A stretch of 64,000 bases of DNA, taken from positions 96,001 to 160,000 of the forward strand of contig CAWCNS010000008.1 in NCBI GenBank assembly GCA_963796965.1, given 5' to 3'. The stretch comes from Calditrichia bacterium. Its GTDB lineage: Bacteria > Calditrichota > Calditrichia > JAJRVZ01. A program made the translations under genes and the position numbers. Of the stretch, positions 1 to 10,418 are shown in pieces (position 1 is the stretch's first letter; each line of letters starts with the position of its first letter). The notes below the pieces were generated by a model, which made no database searches, was not told the DNA's origin, and was given only the letters and a program-made list of their open reading frames with translations.

Positions 1-942
1 CATCACCCATTCACCGGGTACCTGGATAGTCGACCAGTTGTTTAGATCGGGAGAACTCTGCTTCCAGAAGTCTGGTGTGGGTTGATTGTTAAAAAGCCAC
101 TCACCATTCAGGCTCACCTGCGTATTTTGCACACCTGATACTTTTGTTGGTACAGGCGTAAAATGAAGGGAGTTTAAAAAGACTTCGTTTTTTGCGATGG
201 TAAACTCACTTTGGCTCTCCTTTGTGAGTGCACGGACTTTGATAAACGCGTCCTGCACTTCGCACGCTTTTTCATCTATTTCCAATGAAAACTTTCCACT
301 TTCGTCCGTTTGTGCACTCCCAACCTGTTTTTCTCCGATGATAGCCTGCACCTCAATGCCGGCCATGGGTTTCTGTACATTGATATCCTCTACCTCACCG
401 CGTAAGTTTCCCTCAAAATCACCTGAGACGTCAATAACCATATCGGGAGATAATTCTTTCCGATCGGACCATAACTCAATTGTTGAGACTACTGCATTAG
501 GACCCTCAATCTTCTCCCATATGAGATCGATTTCTCCGCTCTCATACAGGTCAGCCGGAACATCTACCACATAGCTGGCTGCTTCTTTATTGGAAACATC
601 AACCCGTTCTTGAACAACAGTATCATTGATAAGAAATTTTTGGGAGCGTTTTTTTGAATCAGACATATAGGTTACACGAACTTTGTAGGCTGCATCTTTG
701 TACAACCCCTTTATTCTGAATACAACTTTGTTGTCATGGGCAACCGTTCGCAGGGGTGAATCCAGAGGGATGAGATCTTCCCCGATTTCATCAGGCGAAA
801 ATTTCCAATTTTGTCCTTCAATCAGATGAGGTTGTTCTTCCGGTTCACCACAATTATCCCGGGTGACCAGGTAGTAGCCGTCTGGTATTTCGCTATTTTG
901 CCCCATAAGCATTCCTAATATCCAAATAAGACTGATTATCAT
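1..942 (-). CDS. GH2-family glycoside hydrolase, N-terminal part (runs off window)
   Basis: Not in the ORF track. My translation from ATG 942 (RBS AGAGG) is open to position 1: MIISLIWILGMLMGQ... ending VSLNGEWLFNNQ...WSTIQVPGEWVM, the start of a GH2 sugar-binding domain. Confidence 0.7.
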   Translation of the reverse strand, partial: MIISLIWILGMLMGQNSEIPDGYYLVTRDNCGEPEEQPHLIEGQNWKFSPDEIGEDLIPLDSPLRTVAHDNKVVFRIKGLYKDAAYKVRVTYMSDSKKRSQKFLINDTVVQERVDVSNKEAASYVVDVPADLYESGEIDLIWEKIEGPNAVVSTIELWSDRKELSPDMVIDVSGDFEGNLRGEVEDINVQKPMAGIEVQAIIGEKQVGSAQTDESGKFSLEIDEKACEVQDAFIKVRALTKESQSEFTIAKNEVFLNSLHFTPVPTKVSGVQNTQVSLNGEWLFNNQPTPDFWKQSSPDLNNWSTIQVPGEWVM

Positions 943-994
943 AATTTTCCTCTATGCTATTGACTTGTTTTATTCGCGCCACATTTTTGAAAAG

Positions 995-1205
995 AGTATC
1001 ACGAAGGACGCGAAGATTTCACGAAGATATACTAAGTTTTTTTAGACAGGATCACAGGATTAACAGGATTTCTTTTTAGTATTTTTGGTTTTGGATTGTG
1101 GATTTTGGAACAGCCAAACGTCCTAAAATCCAAATTCCGAATTCCGAATTCCAAAATATATTATCCTGTAGATCCTGTGATCCTGTCTAATTCTATTTCG
1201 TGATA
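995..1205. repeat. Three-layer nested inverted repeat made of short tandem units
   Basis: Outer TATCACGAA (997) / TTCGTGATA (1197-1205). Middle arms 1042-1069 / 1163-1190 are 26/28 complementary (ACAGGAT units). Inner TTTTGGA-type arm 1081-1110 / TCCGAAT-type arm 1121-1157. Confidence 0.9.
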
Positions 1206-1222
1206 GTAAAAAATGACCACTA

Positions 1223-2803
1223 TCAGGATAATTGACCGAACACAATATAAATCCCCAGCATAATAATAGCCAGTATTATCCAACCCATCCAAATCCCTCC
1301 ACTCTTTTCAGATCCACTTCGATCCGGCTTCAATGAAAACATCTCCGAACGGTCGGTTTTATCCGTACTCAAGAGAGAGGTTATTATCATGATGAGAACC
1401 ATCAACAAAAATAAGAAGAAAGATAGTAAAAGGAAATGGGGCCATTCTGGAAATAATCCAAAGGTTATTTGTTTTACCTGACAATATCCGACCCCCAGCG
1501 AAATTGCCGCCCCATAGGTTAATACAGCAATTGCCGCTCTCTCCGATGCTTTTTTCCACGCCGTTCCAACTATAAATACCGCTGATATAGGTGGGGCGAT
1601 AAAGGCAATAATGCTTTGTAAAAGCGTAAATAGGTCTTTCGCTACTGTTTCCATGGCCAGGGCAAATAAGATGGCAATTATCGCAGCACCAACAGTGACC
1701 AATCGTCCAACTGTTTTTAATTTTTGCGGCGATGTACTTTTATATTTTGGTGAATAGATATCGAGAGTAAATATCGTACTAAAGGAGTTCAAACCGGAAT
1801 CTACAGAACTTATTAACGCTGCGACCAACACAGCAATAATCAATCCGGTCATGCCTATCGGCAAATAATTTGCCACCATAAATACAAAAGCCTCATCGGG
1901 ATTATTCAAATCCGGATGCAGAATAAAACAAAAAATACCCGGAAGCATAAAAAGGAAGGGTGTCAGTATTTTTAAATATCCGGCAAACAAGGCGCCCCGC
2001 TGTCCTTCCACCCTGTTTTTGGCTCCCAAAACCCGTTGAACAATGGTCTGATCTGTACAAAAAAACCAAATCCCCATTACGGGATATCCGAGTAAAATCG
2101 CATACCAGGGATAGGGTGTATTATCAGACTGGATCAAGGACCAGTAATCTGCCGGTACACCTGCGATCACTCTCTCCAAACCCCCAATCTCCAGAAAGGC
2201 AATAACAACCAGAACAGTTGAGCCGATGATGATCAATATGGTTTGGAATGAATCGGTGATCATCACCGCCAGCAAGCCCCCCATGGCCGTAAAACTGGTG
2301 GCAATAATCATCAGGAATATAACGGATGCCCAGGTTGGCCAACCCATAATCTGGCCAAATAGCAGACCGCCCGCATATAAGGTGCCACCCAGCCAAAGGA
2401 TGACAATGGTAAATAAGGAGTAATAGGAGAAATACGTATACGCTGTCTCCCCATAGCGCTTCTTTATAAATTGGGGAAGGGTGCTGATCTTGGTTTTACT
2501 ATAAAGTGGAATAAAAAGCATGGCCAGTAAAAATAGAAACACCCAGGCATACCATTCGAAACTGGCTGCAACCATTCCAGAAGAATAAGCGATCCCGGCG
2601 GCACCAATCAAACTGGACGGACCAATATTTGTGCCCCATATGGAAAGACCGACCACAGGCCATTTAAGGCTTCGCCCGCCAAGAAAAAGGTCATTGGCTT
2701 CTCTGTTTTTAAAACTCACCCACATTCCAATTGCGACGAGAACAATCAGATAGATTGCAATCACCAGAAAATCAAGACTATGAAGTTTTGTATTTATTTC
2801 CAT
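1223..2803 (-). CDS. Sodium:solute symporter (SSS), sugar type
   Basis: 526 aa, highly hydrophobic; motifs LFLGGRSL, GGLLAVMITD, TDQTIVQRVLGAK, SSVDSGLNS. Confidence 0.92.
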   Translation of the reverse strand: MEINTKLHSLDFLVIAIYLIVLVAIGMWVSFKNREANDLFLGGRSLKWPVVGLSIWGTNIGPSSLIGAAGIAYSSGMVAASFEWYAWVFLFLLAMLFIPLYSKTKISTLPQFIKKRYGETAYTYFSYYSLFTIVILWLGGTLYAGGLLFGQIMGWPTWASVIFLMIIATSFTAMGGLLAVMITDSFQTILIIIGSTVLVVIAFLEIGGLERVIAGVPADYWSLIQSDNTPYPWYAILLGYPVMGIWFFCTDQTIVQRVLGAKNRVEGQRGALFAGYLKILTPFLFMLPGIFCFILHPDLNNPDEAFVFMVANYLPIGMTGLIIAVLVAALISSVDSGLNSFSTIFTLDIYSPKYKSTSPQKLKTVGRLVTVGAAIIAILFALAMETVAKDLFTLLQSIIAFIAPPISAVFIVGTAWKKASERAAIAVLTYGAAISLGVGYCQVKQITFGLFPEWPHFLLLSFFLFLLMVLIMIITSLLSTDKTDRSEMFSLKPDRSGSEKSGGIWMGWIILAIIMLGIYIVFGQLS

Positions 2804-2873
2804 ATTAAAAATCCATTATGGCTCTCTATTGTAATGTCCATTCACAGATGCCCACTACAATAGACAGGCAATG

Positions 2874-4820
2874 TCAATCTATCACAATTTCATCTACAAA
2901 AAGCCACGCTTTGTCACCGGCACCCATATGCCAGTGGGGACATTTTTTTATATTTTTTGCTATCACCCGTACATACCTGCCACGCATCGCTTTTTGTTCC
3001 AGGGTAAAATTTTTAATGATCGTTTTTCCAGACTTCTTGTTTACTTGACTTCTGGAATAAAACTCCCGCCATTTTTTTCCATCATCAGATATGAGAAAGG
3101 TTATTTTTGACGGGAGGAATATCCATGATTTCTGGTTTTGCATGAATCCAACCTCGATTCGTGTGATCGATCTAATCTCACCCATATCAACAACCGCATC
3201 AAAATCATTTTCTTCAAATCCTAACCAATCCCTGGATGTATGATCTAAATCACCACGATTAGAATCCTCCAGGGTTAATATGCCCATACCGGCATACCTC
3301 TCCGATGGGGTATTCTTTAAAACAATACTTTTATACTTTCCCTGTATATCATAAGTGATCATAAAATCTTTGAATTGTAAAGGATCCGTATCAGAATTTA
3401 ATTCCAGATTAATAACCCGAGAGAATAATGAGATCTCCTCTTCCCCTACCTCTAACGAAAGCCCCTTATCTGAAGGGGTATAGTTTAAAGAACCACCTTT
3501 ATTCTTCGAGAGACCTTTTATCAATCCGCCCGGAACGGGAATGTTAAGTTTGGCTGGTGTTGGATTTAGCACATGGATATAAATTCTATTCTTTTGAAAT
3601 GTGGAGGCGGTTAAATTAGTTGTTAAAAATGGTCCGCCATCAGTTTTGTAAATACTGTTTCCATTTTCCAAAAGCCACTTACCTGCTCCCTGTAAAGACT
3701 TTACATCTTCCGGGTGAATGGTACCATCGGGTAAAGGCCCCGTATTGAGCAATAAATTAAAATTCCTGCTCGCCGCATTTATAAGCATCGACACAACCTT
3801 CTCAGCTGGATGATGGGCATCATCATCTGCCTGGCGGTATCCCCAGGCACCGGGCTGGAGCGTATCGCAAATCTCGTTATGTTTATCCTTATTTTTCATC
3901 CAGGCATTTTCGGCAATCATGGCACGTTCCTCATCATATAATTGACGAACACGATCAGCAAGGGAATGCCCGGAGCGTTCCGGGGCAGCAAAATCCTCAG
4001 TGCCGGTGGCTCCCTGTTTAAATGAGATCAGGGTTTGTGGCTGGAGTTTACGGATCATTGCATAGGACTCGTCGATGGGAAAAAGATCAGGTCGGCCATA
4101 ATACCCCATGATCGGATCAAACCAGATGCCGGCGATAGGACCGTAGTTTGTTAGAAGTTCTTTGATCTGTGTATGTACAAATTCGATATAATACAGAAAG
4201 TCCTCGTCTCTGCGCCATTTATAAATTTCTTTAGGATTTTCATATTTCGGGCGGGCGATCCGGTTGTATTGGCGGGGATAGAAATAGGGATGCCACCAAT
4301 CCAGGGCATAGGAATAATAAAGAAAAAGGCCTAATCCCTTTTTCTGGCATTGGAAAGATAAGTCTCCAACAAGATCGCGTTTAGCCGGAGCATTTACCGA
4401 GGAATAGTCTGTGACGCTTGATTCAAACAGGCAAAAACTATCGTGATGACGGGAGGTAATATTAACATATTTCATGCCGGCTTCAAGGGCAAGATCAGTA
4501 ATAAATTCCGCATCAAATTTATCTGCTTTAAATTCATCCTTCAACTTCACATAATTTCTAAGCGGGATGTCCTCCCGGTATTGGACCCATTCGCCCCGGC
4601 CGAGTAGACTTGAAATGCCATAATGCATAAACAAGCCATATTTAACATCCTTAAACCATTGCAAAGCCGCCCGATGGGGATCTTGATGATATAAGGAAGC
4701 ATACTCTTTTAAATAGGAAGGTACCGGAGCACCTGGAAAACAGGAGATACCGGCCAGGGATAATCCGGCACTCCCGGCAGCTACTATTTTTATAAATTCT
4801 CTGCGGGAGGTGGATTTCAT
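2874..4820 (-). CDS. GH29 alpha-L-fucosidase with Tat (lipo)protein signal and C-terminal F5/8-like domain
   Basis: KYGLFMHYG, TSRHHDSF, IWFD, LLLNTGP. Probable start MKSTSRREFIK at 4820 (track start 4856); lipobox-like AGISC. Confidence 0.88.
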   Translation of the reverse strand: MKSTSRREFIKIVAAGSAGLSLAGISCFPGAPVPSYLKEYASLYHQDPHRAALQWFKDVKYGLFMHYGISSLLGRGEWVQYREDIPLRNYVKLKDEFKADKFDAEFITDLALEAGMKYVNITSRHHDSFCLFESSVTDYSSVNAPAKRDLVGDLSFQCQKKGLGLFLYYSYALDWWHPYFYPRQYNRIARPKYENPKEIYKWRRDEDFLYYIEFVHTQIKELLTNYGPIAGIWFDPIMGYYGRPDLFPIDESYAMIRKLQPQTLISFKQGATGTEDFAAPERSGHSLADRVRQLYDEERAMIAENAWMKNKDKHNEICDTLQPGAWGYRQADDDAHHPAEKVVSMLINAASRNFNLLLNTGPLPDGTIHPEDVKSLQGAGKWLLENGNSIYKTDGGPFLTTNLTASTFQKNRIYIHVLNPTPAKLNIPVPGGLIKGLSKNKGGSLNYTPSDKGLSLEVGEEEISLFSRVINLELNSDTDPLQFKDFMITYDIQGKYKSIVLKNTPSERYAGMGILTLEDSNRGDLDHTSRDWLGFEENDFDAVVDMGEIRSITRIEVGFMQNQKSWIFLPSKITFLISDDGKKWREFYSRSQVNKKSGKTIIKNFTLEQKAMRGRYVRVIAKNIKKCPHWHMGAGDKAWLFVDEIVID

Positions 4821-4884
4821 TGAGTTCTTTTCCTTATAAATATCAAATGTAGCCATAAATTATTCTGAATAGAAATTGAAAAAG

Positions 4885-5195
4885 AGTATCACTCCCGAAG
4901 GGACTCCTTCGGAGGAAGAGCGCAAATTTCACACGAAGGTTCACGAAGTTTACTTAGACAAGATCACAGGATAAACAGGATAATTATATTGTATTTAAGG
5001 GGAGGGTGAGATCCTGAAATAAACCTGTCCTGACGACAGGTCAGGATTCAGGATGACTATTTTATCATTCTCCCTATTAGATGGCGGGAGTTCGGAATCT
5101 TAATACAAAAATCCTGTAAATCCTGTGATCCTGTCTAATAATACTTGCTTTTCTTCGTAACCCTTCGTGACTTCTTCCTGAATCTTTGTGATACT
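4885..5195. repeat. Nested composite inverted repeat homologous to 995-1205, with a REP-like core and two mini-insertions
   Basis: Same AAAGAGTATCAC start as at 991. ACAGGAT arms 4954-4981 / 5111-5138. REP-like GAGATCCTGAAATAAA..TTCAGGATGAC at 5008-5057. Outer right arm ends TTTGTGATACT. Confidence 0.88.
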
Positions 5196-7515
5196 AAAAG
5201 GTGAAAACAAACTCCTGATTTATTCTTGTGGGCATAGTGATAACATCCTCCAAAATCACCCCAGGTTGTAGTTTCTCGCCATTTAAAAAGATCTTTTTAC
5301 CTTTGAATGGATTATTGAGCCTTAAGATCTGACCCTTTTCAGAGATTATTTTTACTTTTTCTACTCTTCCCTGTTTCCTGTCTGCACTGACCAGGAATGC
5401 CCCCTGTGCACGTAAATCATTAAAAGACAGATCCTCCCAGGCTGAAGGAATGGCCGGAAAAATAGTTATTACATCGGTATGACTCTGGAGGAGCATCTCC
5501 TGAATACCGGCGGCAAAAGCAAAATTCCCTTCCAATGTAAAAGGACGATAAGTTCCCTTTACGATGCCCCGGCCGGATTGATCGCCGTTTACATGAAAGC
5601 TGTTTTTCAGACAGAAACATTCCGCAAACAATCGTAAGGCTCTTGCTGCTTCTTCACCGTTAAATGCACGAGCATAAAGGTTTCCTAACCAGGAGAACGA
5701 ATACCCCACCCACTTATCATATCCATACTTTTCCAAAGAAGAGAGTGTATTCTGAATGAGTTTCCGCGATTTTTGGCCCTGTGACCAATCAATCAATCCC
5801 AGGGGATGATAGGCCATCAGATGAGAAAAATGGCGGTGGGAAGAGTCATAGGGATGACCCGGTGCAAACATCAATCCTCCCTCATCGATGGCATATTCAG
5901 GCCATTCTTCTGCTTTTTTTGACCATAGGGCTGCTTCATCTTTATAATTTAATTCCCTGGCCAGTTCAGCTGCTTTCTCAAACGTCCAGCGAATCAAAGC
6001 CAGATCAAAATTTGTTAGTTTAGCAAACCAGGCCTCGCGCGAATTATTAAATATTTCAGGGCTTGAACTGAGGGGCAACTTTCTTAATCCTGTATCGATA
6101 TCGATATCCGATAATTCATAAAGATAGGTGGCAACGTCTTTTATCCATGGATAGACACGGTTTTTTAAGAACGATTCATCCCTTGAATAGCGCCAATGCA
6201 AATAGAAGTGATGGCCTAACCAGGCTGAAACCGTAGGTCCAAATGAATATTGGATCCAGCCCCCCATAGGCTCGCCGGTTAGGGTCGATACACCCGGGAC
6301 ATTAAGTCCATTCGTGCCATAAAAGGATGTTGTATACTTTTCAAATGTTGGTTTATTTTTCCATAACCAATCAAGAAATCCTTCTTCTAATCCAAGATGG
6401 TTGCCTGTATAAGCGGGCCAATAGCTGAGCTGGGTATTCAGATCGTGGTGAAAATCACCTTTCCAGGGGGGTAATCTGCCATTATCAGCCGTCCATACCG
6501 ATTGGAGAGAGATGGGCGGTGCTCCCTTTCTTGCTGCCGATCCAAATTTATACATTTCCATATAGTACTGGTTTTGCAGCAGACTATCAGGAATTGTAAG
6601 GGAGGATTTTGTCCAATAGGTAAGCCACCAATCCTGATGTTCATTATAGGTATCCGAGAAGCCTTTCTTTAGTCCCTTTTTCACAATGGTTTCAGAATCA
6701 GACTGCTTTTTCCAACCGGGAAATTGCGAGGAGATACTCCAGCAACCCGTAAGGACATTGTTTACTTTTTCCCATTTTGTGTGGATTTGATATGTAAATC
6801 CACCCCAACCTTCCTGGTTATAGGTTAGAGAATTTTTAGAATAAAGTATCACGCCCTCAGGGTAACCTAACCGCCTCAGGTCCTGTCCTGTGACAGGATT
6901 ATCTACCCCGGAATCCTCTTTTAGATTATAGGGAGGATTAAGAAGGGCTATCCGGATACTATCACGGAGTCCTTCAAAACGATACCAGCCTTGTGATTTT
7001 GTCGCATGAACAAAGATTGACAGCTGAACACCATTTTTCCATTTTACTTCACATACAGCATCGACCAAACGCAATCGCACATATTCAACTTCCCCCAATT
7101 TCCGGATAGCAAACTCCAAAGCGCCTGCAGGAATCTTAGAAGGGGCCGGATCCCGATCATAGGGCCGGTCGAAATATTCCTGGACCTTACTATAATTTTC
7201 GTTTTTCCATTGCTGATACACCCACTTAAAATTCCATTCGGGTTTATCCAGGTTTGCCATTGGTCGAAGATCCCAGAGATCAGCTCTGTTTAGGGATATG
7301 CGAAGATTCTCGCCATTCTGCCAGATCAGGGCACCGAGCATCCCATTGCCAAGAGGGATGGCCTCATCCCATCGATCGGCCAGGGCATTAAACCGTAGTC
7401 CGTATTTATCCGAAGGCAGGTTTATTGGCATCTCCCCGGGATACGCAGCGTTCAAAAAACCAAAGACAATCAAAAGTATTACTGGGTAATACCTACTATT
7501 CATATCTGCCCTCAT
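5194..7515 (-). CDS. GH95-family alpha-L-fucosidase-like glycoside hydrolase
   Basis: WDEAIPLGNG, WKGDFHHDLNTQLSYWP, HRHFSHL, EGNFAFAAGIQEMLLQSH; signal peptide. Confidence 0.85.
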   Translation of the reverse strand: MRADMNSRYYPVILLIVFGFLNAAYPGEMPINLPSDKYGLRFNALADRWDEAIPLGNGMLGALIWQNGENLRISLNRADLWDLRPMANLDKPEWNFKWVYQQWKNENYSKVQEYFDRPYDRDPAPSKIPAGALEFAIRKLGEVEYVRLRLVDAVCEVKWKNGVQLSIFVHATKSQGWYRFEGLRDSIRIALLNPPYNLKEDSGVDNPVTGQDLRRLGYPEGVILYSKNSLTYNQEGWGGFTYQIHTKWEKVNNVLTGCWSISSQFPGWKKQSDSETIVKKGLKKGFSDTYNEHQDWWLTYWTKSSLTIPDSLLQNQYYMEMYKFGSAARKGAPPISLQSVWTADNGRLPPWKGDFHHDLNTQLSYWPAYTGNHLGLEEGFLDWLWKNKPTFEKYTTSFYGTNGLNVPGVSTLTGEPMGGWIQYSFGPTVSAWLGHHFYLHWRYSRDESFLKNRVYPWIKDVATYLYELSDIDIDTGLRKLPLSSSPEIFNNSREAWFAKLTNFDLALIRWTFEKAAELARELNYKDEAALWSKKAEEWPEYAIDEGGLMFAPGHPYDSSHRHFSHLMAYHPLGLIDWSQGQKSRKLIQNTLSSLEKYGYDKWVGYSFSWLGNLYARAFNGEEAARALRLFAECFCLKNSFHVNGDQSGRGIVKGTYRPFTLEGNFAFAAGIQEMLLQSHTDVITIFPAIPSAWEDLSFNDLRAQGAFLVSADRKQGRVEKVKIISEKGQILRLNNPFKGKKIFLNGEKLQPGVILEDVITMPTRINQEFVFTF

Positions 7516-7625
7516 TTTATTAAAAAATTTTCCTTACGCTTAGGAACAACTCCCTGGCCTGGATTTTATAGAAATTTAAACAGCATTATTATTGCTTGAA
7601 TTATGGTAATATTTTTTTATTTATT

Positions 7626-7807
7626 TTCGTGAACATTGTGAATACTAAGTGTGCTTAGTGTTTATTTTTTTGCTCTCGCAGAGCCGCAAAGACGCAAAGA
7701 TTTTTTTTTTCTTTTGTCTTTTTTCTTATTACTCTTTGTGGACTTTGTGCCTTCTTTGAGTTCATTGTGGTTATCTTTTTTCTCTCACAAAGTTGCAAAG
7801 TCGCAAA
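7626..7807. repeat. Unpaired short tandem-repeat arms (CGCAGAG/CGCAAAG and CTTTGTG families)
   Basis: CTCGCAGAGCCGCAAAGACGCAAAG 7675-7699; CTTTGTGGACTTTGTG...TTGTGGTTA 7734-7773; CACAAAGTTGCAAAGTCGCAAA 7786-7807. Confidence 0.7.
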
Positions 7808-7854
7808 ATTCAAAGAAAAACACGAAATACATTTGGACAGGATGACAGTAAAAA

Positions 7855-10222
7855 TCATTTGGTAATCACCCGAACATCCATTTCCTCTTGATTACGCACA
7901 ATTTTCAACTCCAACTTACCCTTCCAGTTATTTCCCTGATAGGCAAAGAGAAGATCTTCTGTATCCTTAATTTCTTTTTCCTCGCACCAGATGATGACAT
8001 CCCCTTTTTTCAGATCAGATCGGGCAATAACACTCCCTTCAGCGATCGATAATATAACCACACCTGCCTTTTTACTTAACCCAAAGGCAGACTGATCTTC
8101 TATAGTAAGGATATTTTTAAGGGTGGCGCCGAGCCAGGTAATCGCCTCGCCCTTCATTTTCTGAAAATCGCGGATATATAATTCAGGGATTTCCGGCTCT
8201 TTGGCAATTTTTTTTAAAATTTTGTTTTGTACGCCGAAATTTTCCATAGAGAAATTTTGGAATCCCAGGGTCAGCGCCGGTGAATTTTCTCCCACTCTAA
8301 AATCACCATGTTCAGGATCTACAAATAGTGGATTTCCATGGATACTCTTTTTATCTGTACCATTATTACGGGCCTTCTCTAATGCATCTTCAGTAGGAAA
8401 TAAATTAAATTCGATTTCCTTCCCCCAGCCTTTCAGCCATATATCCTTGTGTTCGGTCATTACAATGTTTTTTCGAAATATATCACCGCTGTTTTTAAAC
8501 CACACATGGGGATGGAAACCGTTATTTACCATGATATTATTTTCGACGGTTCTGTTAAATCCCTCACGAAGTTTAATACCGCCATTCAGACATAAATTGT
8601 TGTATATATGATAGTTAGACGATCCATCATCCAGATCGATATCCCAGCCATGATCACAGCGGAAACGGTTATTTCGTATAATGGTTGTATGGATAGCATC
8701 CCATTGGATCATTTCCGGATACTGTTCAACCAGTTCTTCTAATACCTCTCGCTTGGGATGCCAGAAGCGGTCACGGCCCCATGAGTTAAATGATCCATGA
8801 TCTCCAGTTTCAAGAACCGTATTAAAAACATCATTATACTCGATGATATGCCCACCCCAGGTACCATCGCCAATATTTATGCCGGCCCTGGGGACGTCAT
8901 AGATACTGTTATGGCTGACGGTAATATTTTGAGCCATGGCGATTTGAATACCAGCTGTCTGTTTTTCGATCCGTCCTATTCTGTGTATCAAATTGTTATC
9001 CACAAGGCAATTGGCCGGATACAACTCATTTTTTGGCACCGATCTCCTTATCCATTTCATCATAAGGAACAAAATCATAATACCAAAAAGAGGGTGACCG
9101 GACCGCTGAGGTATCACCAACGAATGAGATAGCGGTAGCACCGCATTCATAGATATGATTACCTGAGATGGTGATATCGCGGTTGTAACGATTTACAAAG
9201 ATGACATTACCACCTAAATTTGCAAATTGACAATCCCGGATCTCACAATTTTCAGCACCTTCAATCAATAAAGAGCCACCACGGTACATACACCAATCGC
9301 TTCTCAGGAGTTTATCATAATCTTCCATAAAAGTGCGGGCTGTATGCTCAAAACGGATACCCTGGATTCGGATATCTTTAACCGGTTCTGCCATACTTCC
9401 TTTTATTTCGATGAGATGTTTTAATACCGGTATTTCGATTAGGGCTTTTTTAAGATCTAATCCTTCGGGTGGCCAGAAATAGAGTTTTCTGTTTTCAGAA
9501 TCAAAAAACCATTCTCCAGGGCTGTCTAATTCTTCAAAAACATTTTCGACCATACGATACCTATCATTTAAACCATTCTCGGGACGGTTATTCTGATGGC
9601 CACCTTTTAGGATGGCCTCCCCATTATCATCAACACCCACAATTTGATAATGAAAGTCTCCCCATTCTCCTTTATGCATGATATGGACATAGGCTCCCGA
9701 AGGATTCTTCCAAGTTTTTATCCGTGCTGGTGAGATAGCATCGGCAGCATGTCCCTGCCAATGCCCGCCCTCTTCATCATAGTTGGGATATCGGGCCAGG
9801 ATCTGAAGTTCCCCGTTAACGACCAATTGATCAAAAGCCAGATTTTCCTGTATTTCAGATTGCCATATTTGTTGCGTATGCTTCTTCCACCTTAATTTAA
9901 GTTTCTTTGAGCCCTTAATTAAAATCTTTCCCCCACCAGAAATAGAAAGATGTGACAATTCAGGGCCAATTTTGAGGGGCGTGTCAAGATAATAGGTGCC
10001 GGGTAGAAGATGAATTTCAACCAGATTTTCCGTATTGTTCTTTTTTAATGTGCGGACTTTCTCGAGAGCCACATCAATTCGGGCCAAGGGTGAATCCTTG
10101 GTTCCTGAATTCTGATCATTTCCTTTTTCACCTATATAAAGCCTATGCGAATCAGCGGTTACACAAACAGAATTAATTAGATTCACAATTATAAAAATAA
10201 AAACCAGCATATTTTTTTTCAT
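7855..10222 (-). CDS. Parallel beta-helix glycosidase (GH141-like) with C-terminal PDZ domain; one frameshift near 9030
   Basis: ORFs 9026-10222 and 7855-9150 join at an A-run (likely EIGPKNELYP). Motifs LARYPN, ELDSPGEW, DIDLDDGSS; PDZ-like tail GVVILSIAEGS..DLKKGDVI. Confidence 0.65.
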
Positions 10223-10263
10223 TTCAATTAAATATCTCTCTATTAATTAATATTTTTTTAATA

Positions 10264-10406
10264 ACCACGAAGTAAAGACACGAAGCACACGAAGATAAAA
10301 AGCAATTTATAATTAAAAGTTTGAGTGACATATAATAAGATTAATCATTAAACATCAGTGTATATAAACTCTTAATTTTTAAATAAATCTTCGTGTGCTT
10401 CGTGGT
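10264..10406. repeat. Inverted repeat of CACGAAG units around an AT-rich loop
   Basis: CACGAAGCACACGAAGAT (10279-10296) is the exact complement of ATCTTCGTGTGCTTCGTG (10387-10404). Confidence 0.85.
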
Positions 10407-10418
10407 ATAATAATCAGA

